Assembly (NCBI GenBank): GCA_039588275.1
Contig: JBDHAC010000024.1
Location: 1-64,000 of the forward strand
Source: Gemmatimonadota bacterium
Lineage (GTDB): Bacteria; Gemmatimonadota; Gemmatimonadetes; Palauibacterales; Palauibacteraceae
DNA length: 64,000 bases
Reading direction: 5' to 3'
The position numbers and the translations under genes were made by a program. Within the stretch, counting starts at the first letter, position 1. Every line of letters starts with the position of its first letter. Shown here one piece after another: positions 1 to 9,250 of the stretch. The notes under the pieces were generated by a model that saw only the letters and a list, made by a program, of their open reading frames with translations, searched no databases and was not told the DNA's origin.

Positions 1-229
1 CGCCCTACACCCTACGTCTCACCACACAGAGTGGAACCGCCGTCGAACCGACATCGATCGCGGTAGTGGCAGCGTCTGCCCCCTTGCGGCGCTCGCTTTC
101 ATAGGTGAAACGTCCCGCCCGATCCCCGTGAATTACGTGCTCGAACTCAGGCATCGACAATCTCGCTCAAGCTCTCCACCACTCGCGTCAAGCTCGAGTC
201 GAGCTACACGAGAAGACTCGGGCGCCGGA

Positions 230-478
230 TCATCTCTGCGTCAACGATACGACGTTGCCGCTGATGGTTACGCCTCGCTCAAGGCAGCGGACGAGGTCCT
301 CCTGATCGTCGCTGCCAAAGGTCGTGAAGCTCGATGGGTTGCAGGACGCCACCGGCCTCGGACCGGTCACACTGTCCTTGCAGGCCGATGCTACGAACAT
401 GATCGAGAATAAGAGCGCCCCGACAGGAAGGGCCCTGCAACGACCCGTGACCCCCTTCTTGTTCCTACGATTCCTCAT
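230..478 (-). CDS. Small putative lipoprotein, hypothetical (82 aa)
   Basis: AGGAGG RBS before ATG at 478. Basic N-terminus, hydrophobic stretch and lipobox-like VASAC. Divergent from the ECF gene. Confidence 0.45.
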   Translation of the reverse strand: MRNRRNKKGVTGRCRALPVGALLFSIMFVASACKDSVTGPRPVASCNPSSFTTFGSDDQEDLVRCLERGVTISGNVVSLTQR

Positions 479-683
479 GATGCCTCCTATTTCGGGCGCG
501 GAACTCGGGCCCGGCAGAGTCACCGAGCGGAGTTGGTCGCCTTTGGGGAGGAACACGAAAAAACGGAGCGAAACGGCCAACGCAGGTTGTTCCGGGGTCG
601 ACTTGCCGCTTTCTTAGGCAGGGCTGGCGCACGGCTGGACGTGACGTCGGCGACTTTGGCCCCTCTCTCCGACCGGCACGCTT

Positions 684-1256
684 GTGGTGGAATCCAGGCC
701 CACTTCAGAAGTCACGCTTCTCCTCAGAGAGGTGGGGGATGGCAACCGCGCAGCCTTCGATGAGCTCGTCCCACTGGTCTATGAGCAGCTCCGCCGGCTG
801 GCCCACCACCGACTGCTCGCACAGCGCTCCGACCACACGCTCAACACGACGGCTCTCGTCCATGAAGCCTACCTGAGGTTGGTCGATGTGGATGGTGCCC
901 GTTGGCAGGACAGGGCCCATTTCTTCGCGACCGCCGCGACGGTGATGCGCAACCTCCTGGTGGACTACGCCCGCGCGCGAAACGCATACAAGCGTGGGGG
1001 AGGCCGAATGAAAGTGGAGCTCGACGACGAGGCGCTACGACTCTCGGAAGCATACGCCGGCGCCATCGAAGATCTCGACGATGCCCTCTCGCGGTTGGCG
1101 AAGCTGAGCCCGCGCCAGAGCCGGCTACTCGAGCAGCGTTACTTCGGCGGGCTCAAGCTCGAGGAGTGCGCCGAGGTGCTCGGTGTCTCCCTCACCACGG
1201 TCAAGAACGAGCTCCACCTAGCGCGTGCGTGGCTGGCGCGTGAGCTGGCCGCGTAA
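684..1256 (+). CDS. ECF-type sigma-70 factor, kinase-associated (TIGR02999-like)
   Basis: Motifs LVPLVYEQLRRLA, HTLNTTALVHEAYLRL, WQDRAHFF, KRGGG and a C-terminal sigma4 HTH (RYFGGLKLEECAEVLGVS...ARAWL). Confidence 0.93.
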   Translation: MVESRPTSEVTLLLREVGDGNRAAFDELVPLVYEQLRRLAHHRLLAQRSDHTLNTTALVHEAYLRLVDVDGARWQDRAHFFATAATVMRNLLVDYARARNAYKRGGGRMKVELDDEALRLSEAYAGAIEDLDDALSRLAKLSPRQSRLLEQRYFGGLKLEECAEVLGVSLTTVKNELHLARAWLARELAA

Positions 1257-1259
1257 GCC

Positions 1260-4200
1260 ATGAGCCCTGAGCGGTGGGACCGGATCCAAGCCCTCTTCGT
1301 CGAGGTGAAGGATCTCGCGCCCGAAGAGCGCGTCGAGCGGCTCGGTGACATCGCCGATAGCGATCCGGAACTCCATTCCGAGCTGACGTCACTCCTTTCC
1401 GCCCACGATCGGGCGGACGAGCTCCTGGACAGGTTCGAGAGACTCGTTTCGCAGCCGAGCTTCGAGCCCTCAACGGCTGACGATCAGGAGCTGTCCACCC
1501 CCGACCCGCACGGTCTGATCGGCCGCACCGTCTCCCACTACGAGGTCGTGGAGCTGCTGGGAGCCGGCGGAATGGGCGTCCTCTACAAGGCGCGGGACAC
1601 GGAGCTCAAACGTACGGTAGCGCTCAAGTTCCTTCCGCCGCAGTGGAGCCTGGATACGGCCTTCAACAGGCGCTTTCGGCAGGAGGCGCGAGCCGTCGCG
1701 GCCCTGGATCATCCAAACGTGTGCGCGATCTACGAGGTCGGCGAGACGGAGGACGGCCAGCTGTTCATCGCCATGGCCCATTACGAGGGCGAGACGGTTA
1801 GGGGGAAGATCGCGCGCGGTCCGCTGGATGTGGAGGACGCGCTGGAGTTGGCGACGCAGGCGACGAGTGGACTGGCAGCGGCACACAGAGCGGGGCTGGT
1901 GCATCGGGACATCAAGCCGGCGAACCTGATCGTGACGGAAGAGGGTGTCCTCAAGATCCTGGACTTCGGACTGGCGAAGTCGGCTGAAGCCAGCGTGACA
2001 GAGGCGGGACTACGGCTCGGCACGCCCGCCTACATGTCGCCGGAACAAACGCGGGGCGAGGAGGTGGATGGACGGACGGACCTGTGGTCCCTCGGGGTGG
2101 TCCTGTACGAGATGCTCACGGGGTGGAGACCGTTTCGCGGGGACAGCAACAGTGCGGTCATCCACGCCATTCGACACGAGGAACCGCACCAACCGAGCGA
2201 GCTGCGTGAGCGTCTCCCGCCGGGTGTGGAACAGCTCGTTCTGAGGCTGTTGAGCAAGGAACGGGAGGAAAGACACGCGGGGGCCGAGCTGCTCTCGGAG
2301 GAGCTGGCCCTCTCGAGCGCGACCCCGTCTGGAGCGAGTGCCCGGCAGAGCCGGTTTCGCCGCCGCCCACGATGGATCGGGTTCGCTGGACTCGCCGCCG
2401 CGGCTCTCCTGCTGGTGGCTGTCGGGTCGTTGGTCCTCGGAGATCGCGGACCGGCGGCTTCGAGCGATCCCGATCTGGTTGCGGTCCTTCCGTGGACGGT
2501 GCGAGGGGAGGACCCCGATCTGGAGTACTTGAAGCAGGGCCTCGTTGATCTCCTGAGCATCTCGCTCGCCGAGCTGCCGGGCTTCCGCGCGGTCGACCCA
2601 TACGCGCTCGCGAGGTTCGTGGAACGATCCTGTGAGGCTCCGGCCGATCCGCAGTGCGGGGTGGTTGTGGCCCGACGGTTCGGGGCCGGCCGATTCCTGA
2701 TCGGAGCCGTCGTACCGGTTGGAGGCGAGACCCTCCAGCTGGCGGCGTCCGTCTACGACGTGGATGGTGACGAGTTGAGCCGTACCACCGTGCTGGGGGA
2801 CGGACGGGAGCCACTTGTCGCGATCGAGGAGATGGGGCGACGGATCGCAGTGGAGCTGTTGGGCCCGGACGAGGCGGCGGTCGATGCGGCTGTGGAGCTC
2901 CCGGCCATAGCCGCGCGAACTACGACGTCGCTGACAGCGCTCCGGGCTTATCTGCAAGGAGAGGCCTATTTCCGATCGTTCCGGTACATCGATGGGATCA
3001 CGGTCCTTCGGGAGGCGGTCGCGGCGGACAGCAACTTCGCCCTCGCCTGGTATCGGCTCGCGATGCTGGCCAACAAGGCTCAAGCCTTCCCGCTCGCGGA
3101 CTCCGCAGCCGAGCAGGCGCTGAAACGGATGGATGTCTTACCCGACCGCTCGCAGAAGCTGCTTCGGGGGTTCGATTACTTTCGCCTGGGCAAGGCGGAT
3201 CTCGCCGAGCGCGAATTCCGCAACCTGCTGGCCACGCATCCGAACGACCCCGAGGCGTGGTTCCTCCTGGGAGAGACACTGCACCACTACAACAACGTGC
3301 GGGGCCTCCCGCCGGGCGGATACGAAGCGTTCGGGCGAGCGCTCGCGCTCGACCCGGATCTCGCGCCCGCGCTGTGGCACTATCGCAGGGCGGCGCTGTT
3401 GGACGGGCGCCTCGAGGAGTTCGACTCCCTCAACACCCGCTACATCGAACAGTTCTCGAAGGAGGCGGAAAACGCGCGGCTTGCCATAGCCGACTCCAGG
3501 CTGGTCACCCTACTGCAGGCTGAAGACGACTCGACGCGGGAGCGTTGGTTCGCCGACCTGGAGACGGCGAGTGACGACGACCTCACCCAGATCGCGAACG
3601 GGCTCGCAGGGCTGAGCTGGCCCGACCGCACCGCCGGGGCCATCCGCGCCGTCCGCATCCTAACGGACCCGGCACGATCACGCTCCGCCCGCCGCGAGGG
3701 CTACGTGCAGCTTGCAAGGTTGGCCATCCGGGCGGGGAGGTGGAAGGAGGCGAACCGCGAGCTGGACGGGCTGGCGACGGTAAGTCCGCTCTCGGCCGTG
3801 CTTCTCCGCGCCCAATTCGCGGCGAGCTTGACCTTTCTACGCCTGTCGGCGGCCGAGCTGTCGGAGATTCGAGCGGACGTCGCCTCGATCCTGGCCGGGT
3901 CACCGACCTACCGAACGGTCAGCTTGCCGAGCGGAGCTTCGAGGCCGGCCTCCGAACCCCGCGCCGCGCTCCTGATCCGACTGGCGCTCTTGAGCGCGCG
4001 TCTCGGGGAGTACGAGGTGGCCCGGGAGTACGCGGCCGAGCTCGCAGCGGAGCCCGTGCCGGAAGGCCTGGGCCTGGGCACGATCCCGGATGACATGCAG
4101 CTGGTTCTTCGCGCCCACATCCTCAACCAGGAGGGAGATCTACACGCCGCGCGCGCGGCGCTCGACAGCACCCGATACGAGGCGCGTTGGCGTCAGGCCG

Positions 4201-4496
4201 GCGATGCGGGCACCGCGTGGACGATCTTCCTGCGGGCCGAGGTGCTCTACCAGCTGGGCGAGCTGCAGGAGGCGAGACACTGGTACAGCCTGTGGCCGAC
4301 GCCGGGCGGGTTGAGCACTTCGCGCTACCTGGGGGCGGCGCTATACCGGCTCGGTCAGATCCACGACGCCTTGGGAGAACCCGAGGAGGCTCGGGAGCGA
4401 TTCGAGCAGTTCGTAGCGCTGTGGGAGAACGCGGATCCGGAGCTCCAGCCCTGGGTGGAGGATGCGAGGGCTCGACTCGCATTCCTCCGAGGATAG
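1260..4496 (+). CDS. Membrane Ser/Thr protein kinase with extracytoplasmic TolB-like/TPR region
   Basis: Hanks motifs LGAGGMGVLY, VALK, HRDIKPAN, DFGLAK, GTPAYMSPEQ, DLWSLG. One TM helix (WIGFAGLAAAALLLVAVGSLV), then VAVLP and TPR-like repeats ending LWENADPELQP. Starts 3 nt after the ECF stop. Confidence 0.95.
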   Translation: MSPERWDRIQALFVEVKDLAPEERVERLGDIADSDPELHSELTSLLSAHDRADELLDRFERLVSQPSFEPSTADDQELSTPDPHGLIGRTVSHYEVVELLGAGGMGVLYKARDTELKRTVALKFLPPQWSLDTAFNRRFRQEARAVAALDHPNVCAIYEVGETEDGQLFIAMAHYEGETVRGKIARGPLDVEDALELATQATSGLAAAHRAGLVHRDIKPANLIVTEEGVLKILDFGLAKSAEASVTEAGLRLGTPAYMSPEQTRGEEVDGRTDLWSLGVVLYEMLTGWRPFRGDSNSAVIHAIRHEEPHQPSELRERLPPGVEQLVLRLLSKEREERHAGAELLSEELALSSATPSGASARQSRFRRRPRWIGFAGLAAAALLLVAVGSLVLGDRGPAASSDPDLVAVLPWTVRGEDPDLEYLKQGLVDLLSISLAELPGFRAVDPYALARFVERSCEAPADPQCGVVVARRFGAGRFLIGAVVPVGGETLQLAASVYDVDGDELSRTTVLGDGREPLVAIEEMGRRIAVELLGPDEAAVDAAVELPAIAARTTTSLTALRAYLQGEAYFRSFRYIDGITVLREAVAADSNFALAWYRLAMLANKAQAFPLADSAAEQALKRMDVLPDRSQKLLRGFDYFRLGKADLAEREFRNLLATHPNDPEAWFLLGETLHHYNNVRGLPPGGYEAFGRALALDPDLAPALWHYRRAALLDGRLEEFDSLNTRYIEQFSKEAENARLAIADSRLVTLLQAEDDSTRERWFADLETASDDDLTQIANGLAGLSWPDRTAGAIRAVRILTDPARSRSARREGYVQLARLAIRAGRWKEANRELDGLATVSPLSAVLLRAQFAASLTFLRLSAAELSEIRADVASILAGSPTYRTVSLPSGASRPASEPRAALLIRLALLSARLGEYEVAREYAAELAAEPVPEGLGLGTIPDDMQLVLRAHILNQEGDLHAARAALDSTRYEARWRQAGDAGTAWTIFLRAEVLYQLGELQEARHWYSLWPTPGGLSTSRYLGAALYRLGQIHDALGEPEEARERFEQFVALWENADPELQPWVEDARARLAFLRG

Positions 4497-4503
4497 GCGG
4501 CCA

Positions 4504-7500
4504 GTGCCGAGGGTCGTCGTGCACACACAACTCGTCAGAACCACCCTGCTTGTCGGCGTTGCGGCGTTGGCCGCCGCGACTTCCACGAGCGCCGCACGCG
4601 CTCAGGTGGTCACGGCCGAGCTGCGCGGCAACGTCAGCGATCCAAACGGGGAGCCGCTCGACGGGGTCCAGATCATCGCGACGGACACGCGCACGAATTC
4701 CACGTTCGGCACGCTGACGAACGAGAACGGCCGCTTCCTCATCCTCCACCTCCAGCCCGGCGGCCCGTACACGGTCGCCGCGCAGAGGATTGGCTACCGC
4801 CCTGAAACCCGGGACGGCGTCGTGTTGACGCTGAGCCGAGCCACGAGGGTGGACTTGCGGCTCCAGATGGCAGTCGTCGAGGTAGCGCCCCTCGCGGTCG
4901 AGGTGGAGGGCACGGGTGCCGTGTTCAGCGCGACCCATACGAGCCCGGCGACGCAGATCAGTCGCGACGACATTGAGACCTTCCCCACGGTGTCGCGCAA
5001 CCTGGTGGAGCTCACGCTCCTCTCCCCCTACGTCAACACCTACCAGAACGCGCCATCGATCGCGGGAAAAGGCAATCTCGCCAACAGCATCGTCGTCGAT
5101 GGAGCGGTGAACAACGACGTGTTCGGGATCAGCGACACCGTAGTTCCCGGCGGGCTCGTGAACGCCAAACCGATCTCGCTCGAAGCCGTCGAGGAGATGC
5201 AAGTCCTCGTGGCGCCGTTCGACGTCCGACAATCCAACTTCACCGGCGGCCTGGTCAACGTCGTCACGCGGTCCGGCACGAACGACTGGGAGGGATCGCT
5301 GTTCGGCTACCACATCGACGAGAACCTGGTGAGCGATCTGGCCGGTGAGCGTGCACGCCAGTTCAAAGACACGCAATTCGGCTTCTCCTTCGGCGGACCG
5401 ATCGCCAGGGACAAGGCTTTCGTCTTCGCCGTGGGCGAGTTTCAGCTCAGGGACGACCCGGTTGATGGATTCGAGCTGGGGAGCTGCAACGAGCTATGCC
5501 AGTCGATCGGGGCCGATCCGGCCGAGGCGGCTGAGGTGGCGAACATCCTGAGGAATCAGTTTGGAGTGGATCCCGGAACCCCCTCTCCAGCGACCCTTCA
5601 GAATCCACGCACCAACATTTTTGCGCGGCTGGACTTCAACATCGGTGAGCGGCATCGTCTGGTGATCCGGGACAACTTCGTGCACGGTACGAGAGCGAGG
5701 ACGCTCTTCCGGTCAGGCTCCGGCTACATGTTCAGCTCGAGCTTCAACACGTTCACGACGGATTTCACCTCGATCGTGGCGCAGCTGTTCTCGCGGCTCG
5801 GTTCGGGGTGGAACAACGAGTTCCTGCTCAACTTCGAGACGATCCGTGGGGGGTCGGACCCGGCGGTCGACTACTCGCTGTTGAGCGTGGCGAGCTCGGG
5901 TCCCGACTACGTTTTGGGGGCAGAGCTCTCTTCCCAGGCGGCACGATCGAGCCAGGACATCTTTCAGCTCACCGACAACTTGACCAGAGACCTCGGTGAC
6001 CACCGCCTCATCTTGGGCACGTCGAACGATCTCTACTCGTTCAACGATTTGTTCCAACCCGGTCTTCTCGGCAGGTACAATTTCGACAGCATCCAGGACC
6101 TCGAAGCGAACAGCCCCTCCCGCTACATCAAAAGGGTTCCCGTCGAGGGCGTGACCGAGGACGAGCTCCCCATGGATTTCGACGCCGTTCAAATCGGCAT
6201 CTACGCGCAGGACGAGTGGACCGTGAGCGATCGGATCACCATCACGTACGGGCTCCGGGTCGACATTCCGATCCTGTCGGGCAGCCCACGCTTCAACCCC
6301 GAGCTCATGGAGGCATTCGGGATCAACAACGCGGCCGTTCCTTCGGGGAAGCCGCTCTGGCAGCCCCGACTCGGGTTCAACTGGAGCAGTCGCGAAACGC
6401 ACCGTACGCAGCTGCGGGGGGGCGCGGGCCTGTTCGCCGGCCGCCCAGCCTACGTGTGGATCAACAACGCCTACACTAACAGCGGCCTCGAGTCGCGAGA
6501 CCTTGTCTGCTTCGGTGCCAACGCTCCGGAGTTTGATCCCGATCAACCGCCGACCACTTGCGCAGACGGGACCGGCGGGTTGGAGGCCCAGCAGCGGATC
6601 GACGTGGTCGATCCCGACTTCAGGTTCCCGCTCGATCTGAAGATCTCGGGCGGCGTTGATCAGGGGCTACCATGGGGCTTAACGGCGACCTTCGAGGTGC
6701 TTTACACCAAGGCGATCGAGGAGGCGTTCTTCGAGGAAGTCAACCTGCGAGGGATCCAAGGCGTGGACCGGAATGCCGGCAACCGCCCCGTGTACGGCAC
6801 CCCCACCGCGTCCGGGTGCGGCAGCCGCGGCGGCTGCTTCACGAACACCAGGGCCGACGACCGCTTCGCACAGGTCATCAACCTGACCAACCGGAGCGGG
6901 AGCGAGTCGCTGCTCCTCACCTTCCAGCTCCAGCGCAGGTTTGCCGACTGGCTCGGCTTCAACGGAGCCTACACGTACTCGGATGTCGAGGACCTTCAGG
7001 TCCAGGCCTCACCCGTGGCGTCGAACAACATCGGAAGGAGCACGATTCGGGGGGATACCAACGACCCGGATCTGACCCGGTCTTCCTACGCGCGGCCCCA
7101 CAAGATCATTCTCGCGGCGACCGGCCGCTGGGACCTCGGCCGTGGCCTTCTCCTGGAGGTCACTCCCCAGTACTTCGGCCAATCCGGCGATGCATACACG
7201 TACGTCGTCCGGGGTGACCCCAACGGCGACGGCTACCGCGACCCCGTGATCGGTGCCAACAACGACGCCCTATACATCCCTGCCAACTCGAGCGACCTGG
7301 CCTGGAGGCGGCCCGAGGATCAGCAGCTGTTCGACCACCTGATCGCGGCCAACGAGTGCCTGCAGGAGCAGCGCGGCCGACTCATGGAGCGGAACAGCTG
7401 CCGGTACGCGTGGAACAACCGGCTCGACATGCGGCTCACACTGGGGATCCCGACGGGATCGATGGGTCGGCTGCAGCTGGTGGCCGACGTCATCAACCTG

Positions 7501-7707
7501 TTCGGGAGCGACTGGCGTGAGGGGCGAGTCGATAGCGGTGTCGAAGCGCTGAGAGTGGTCGGTCGGCTGAACGGCGAGGATGACGGCCCGTTCGTGTACC
7601 AGTACCGCGGTCCGCAGGCTGACGAGGATGGGAGGATTGATCCCTCCTTCCCGCGGGACCCGGAGTCGAGGGCGCGTTGGCAGCTCGGCCTGCGCTACAC
7701 CTTCTGA
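4504..7707 (+). CDS. TonB-dependent receptor, Oar-like, with N-terminal carboxypeptidase-regulatory-like domain
   Basis: Signal peptide ending AARA-Q. Motifs TNENGRF..L.PGGPYTV, plug motif ISLEAVEEMQV...FTGGLVNVVTRSGTN, YAQDEW, and C-terminal QLGLRYTF. Start is approximate (GTG 4504 or 4519). Confidence 0.9.
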   Translation: MPRVVVHTQLVRTTLLVGVAALAAATSTSAARAQVVTAELRGNVSDPNGEPLDGVQIIATDTRTNSTFGTLTNENGRFLILHLQPGGPYTVAAQRIGYRPETRDGVVLTLSRATRVDLRLQMAVVEVAPLAVEVEGTGAVFSATHTSPATQISRDDIETFPTVSRNLVELTLLSPYVNTYQNAPSIAGKGNLANSIVVDGAVNNDVFGISDTVVPGGLVNAKPISLEAVEEMQVLVAPFDVRQSNFTGGLVNVVTRSGTNDWEGSLFGYHIDENLVSDLAGERARQFKDTQFGFSFGGPIARDKAFVFAVGEFQLRDDPVDGFELGSCNELCQSIGADPAEAAEVANILRNQFGVDPGTPSPATLQNPRTNIFARLDFNIGERHRLVIRDNFVHGTRARTLFRSGSGYMFSSSFNTFTTDFTSIVAQLFSRLGSGWNNEFLLNFETIRGGSDPAVDYSLLSVASSGPDYVLGAELSSQAARSSQDIFQLTDNLTRDLGDHRLILGTSNDLYSFNDLFQPGLLGRYNFDSIQDLEANSPSRYIKRVPVEGVTEDELPMDFDAVQIGIYAQDEWTVSDRITITYGLRVDIPILSGSPRFNPELMEAFGINNAAVPSGKPLWQPRLGFNWSSRETHRTQLRGGAGLFAGRPAYVWINNAYTNSGLESRDLVCFGANAPEFDPDQPPTTCADGTGGLEAQQRIDVVDPDFRFPLDLKISGGVDQGLPWGLTATFEVLYTKAIEEAFFEEVNLRGIQGVDRNAGNRPVYGTPTASGCGSRGGCFTNTRADDRFAQVINLTNRSGSESLLLTFQLQRRFADWLGFNGAYTYSDVEDLQVQASPVASNNIGRSTIRGDTNDPDLTRSSYARPHKIILAATGRWDLGRGLLLEVTPQYFGQSGDAYTYVVRGDPNGDGYRDPVIGANNDALYIPANSSDLAWRRPEDQQLFDHLIAANECLQEQRGRLMERNSCRYAWNNRLDMRLTLGIPTGSMGRLQLVADVINLFGSDWREGRVDSGVEALRVVGRLNGEDDGPFVYQYRGPQADEDGRIDPSFPRDPESRARWQLGLRYTF

Positions 7708-7778
7708 ACCTTGACGCGGTCGCGGTCGCGCGGCGAGATTGGGATGTCCCGCCCGTGCGCCCATCAGGAGGTCGCACA

Positions 7779-8045
7779 ATGGCTCCAAGGACCGCTTCGC
7801 TCACCCTCATCGAACGCATCGAGCAGGAGCTCTCGGGACTGCAAACCCGCGCTGCCGAGCTCCGCTGTGCGCTCAAGATCGTCCGCGAGTTCACCGCAGA
7901 GCGAGACGACTCCTCGGTGCCCGTTGCGGACATCGGTGAGGTGATCAGGCCCACCGTCGACGTCCCCGAACCGGTAAAATCGCGGATTGCCCGGGTCAAG
8001 GGAGAGCCCGACAAGACCAACGGTGGAGACCTGGAAAAGAGCTAA
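7779..8045 (+). CDS. Hypothetical protein with N-terminal coiled coil
   Basis: AGGAGG RBS before ATG at 7779. Heptad-like LIERIEQELSGLQTRAAEL. Confidence 0.5.
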   Translation: MAPRTASLTLIERIEQELSGLQTRAAELRCALKIVREFTAERDDSSVPVADIGEVIRPTVDVPEPVKSRIARVKGEPDKTNGGDLEKS

Positions 8046-8147
8046 GCTCGACAGCGCAAGGAACCAGTCCTGTGCGCTAGACGGGGCCACCGATAGAAGA
8101 AACTCCATAACCGCGCGGGCCTTGGCGGGCGTCTCGGGTGGTAAGGC

Positions 8148-8657
8148 TCATGTGCGGGCCGAATCACGAATGTAGAGCTTCCGCTCTGCGTATTCGATGA
8201 TCGCTCCATATTCCTCCAGGAGATCCGCCCCGAGGATACCGTCGATCCGGTCTGCCCCCGCGCCCTCCAACTGGCCGTTGACCGAGGAGAGATCGAGGAC
8301 CTTCGCGTCGACTCCGAGAAGACGTACGGTCTCCAAGGCCAGCTCATCGAGGCTGGTCGAGTACACGGCCGTCTCCGAAAGCCCACACTCCGCGTAGCCT
8401 CTGGCTGACCCCGACGTGGGTGCGGTGGTCAACTCCAGACGCTCGGCGCTTTCCTTGTCGACAATCGTTGCCGACGCCCCCGTATCGATCAGCAGGGAAG
8501 CGTTCCGCCCGTTGATCGTGCCCAGGGTCTGAAGGTGTCCAACCGCCGTGCGAGACAGCGAGACGCTGCAGTAACCTCGGTCGCTGAGAAAGCGGTGCAC
8601 CGCGTCGATTGATTCTATGTGGTTATGCTCCGTGCGCGGTCCCTCGATGTCGGTCAC
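8148..8657 (-). CDS. Retropepsin-like (clan AA) aspartyl protease
   Basis: LLIDTGA catalytic motif, DGILGADLL, and IEY...KL C-terminus. GTGA overlap with the upstream gene. Confidence 0.85.
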   Translation of the reverse strand: MTDIEGPRTEHNHIESIDAVHRFLSDRGYCSVSLSRTAVGHLQTLGTINGRNASLLIDTGASATIVDKESAERLELTTAPTSGSARGYAECGLSETAVYSTSLDELALETVRLLGVDAKVLDLSSVNGQLEGAGADRIDGILGADLLEEYGAIIEYAERKLYIRDSART

Positions 8658-9058
8658 GAGTCGCCGCCGAGAACCACCTCGGCCCTCTTCTTCAAGCGCC
8701 GCTTGGCTTCCGCGACATCCTTCAGCGCCTCCTCCAGCTCCGCGAGCTCACCGTCTCGGATGCCCAGGCCCTCTCTCATGAAGAGTGCGGCGGCTTCGGA
8801 TCGGCTCTTGAGAGCGCCGGTCTCCACCCACGCATCCAGCTTTCGCACGGTCTCCGTATCCACCCGCACCATCACCACCTGGTCGCGGCTGGATTCACCG
8901 AGCGCGTTGAGACTGCCCTGAAGCGTCGCCGGTACGCAAATGACCTTCACTGCCGCATCGTCATCCTCGTGACACGACAGCGCGTGGGCCTGAATGCCCT
9001 GCTCGCGCAGCCGTTCAAGAACTCCGAGAAGCGTCTTCGCCCTCGTGTCGTCACTCAT
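8654..9058 (-). CDS. Ribbon-helix-helix (CopG-like) domain protein
   Basis: VVMVRVDTETVRKLDAWVETG..KSRSEAAALFMREGL has the RHH beta-alpha-alpha pattern with SRSE. GGAG RBS. Confidence 0.7.
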   Translation of the reverse strand: MSDDTRAKTLLGVLERLREQGIQAHALSCHEDDDAAVKVICVPATLQGSLNALGESSRDQVVMVRVDTETVRKLDAWVETGALKSRSEAAALFMREGLGIRDGELAELEEALKDVAEAKRRLKKRAEVVLGGDS

Positions 9059-9078
9059 GGCGGCGTCTCCGTTCCACC

Positions 9079-9128
9079 GTATTCGTGTAATACGTAATTA
9101 TGATACACACCGCACGGCGAGCGGTCAA
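9079..9128 (-). promoter_or_regulatory. Sigma70-type promoter of the RHH-protease operon, overlapped by AT-rich GTAAT/GTATT boxes
   Basis: Minus strand reads TTGACC (9128-9123), 17 nt, TATCAT (9105-9100). Plus strand shows GTATTC/GTAATAC/GTAATTA/TGATAC boxes at 9079-9106. Confidence 0.6.
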
Positions 9129-9250
9129 CAACCTGCGCTCTGGCGCCCAGTCGTCGGCCGATTCCCGACTGGCCACGCCCCCTTTCCCGCCACATTTTCG
9201 AGAATGTCTCATCCCTTCGATACGCTCTCTGTTCGATCTGGAGGTATACA

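Noticed and set aside
190..232. UGA readthrough at the end of the small lipoprotein ORF
   Set aside because: There is no redox motif context, another in-frame TGA follows within 13 codons, and no SECIS-like hairpin is evident.
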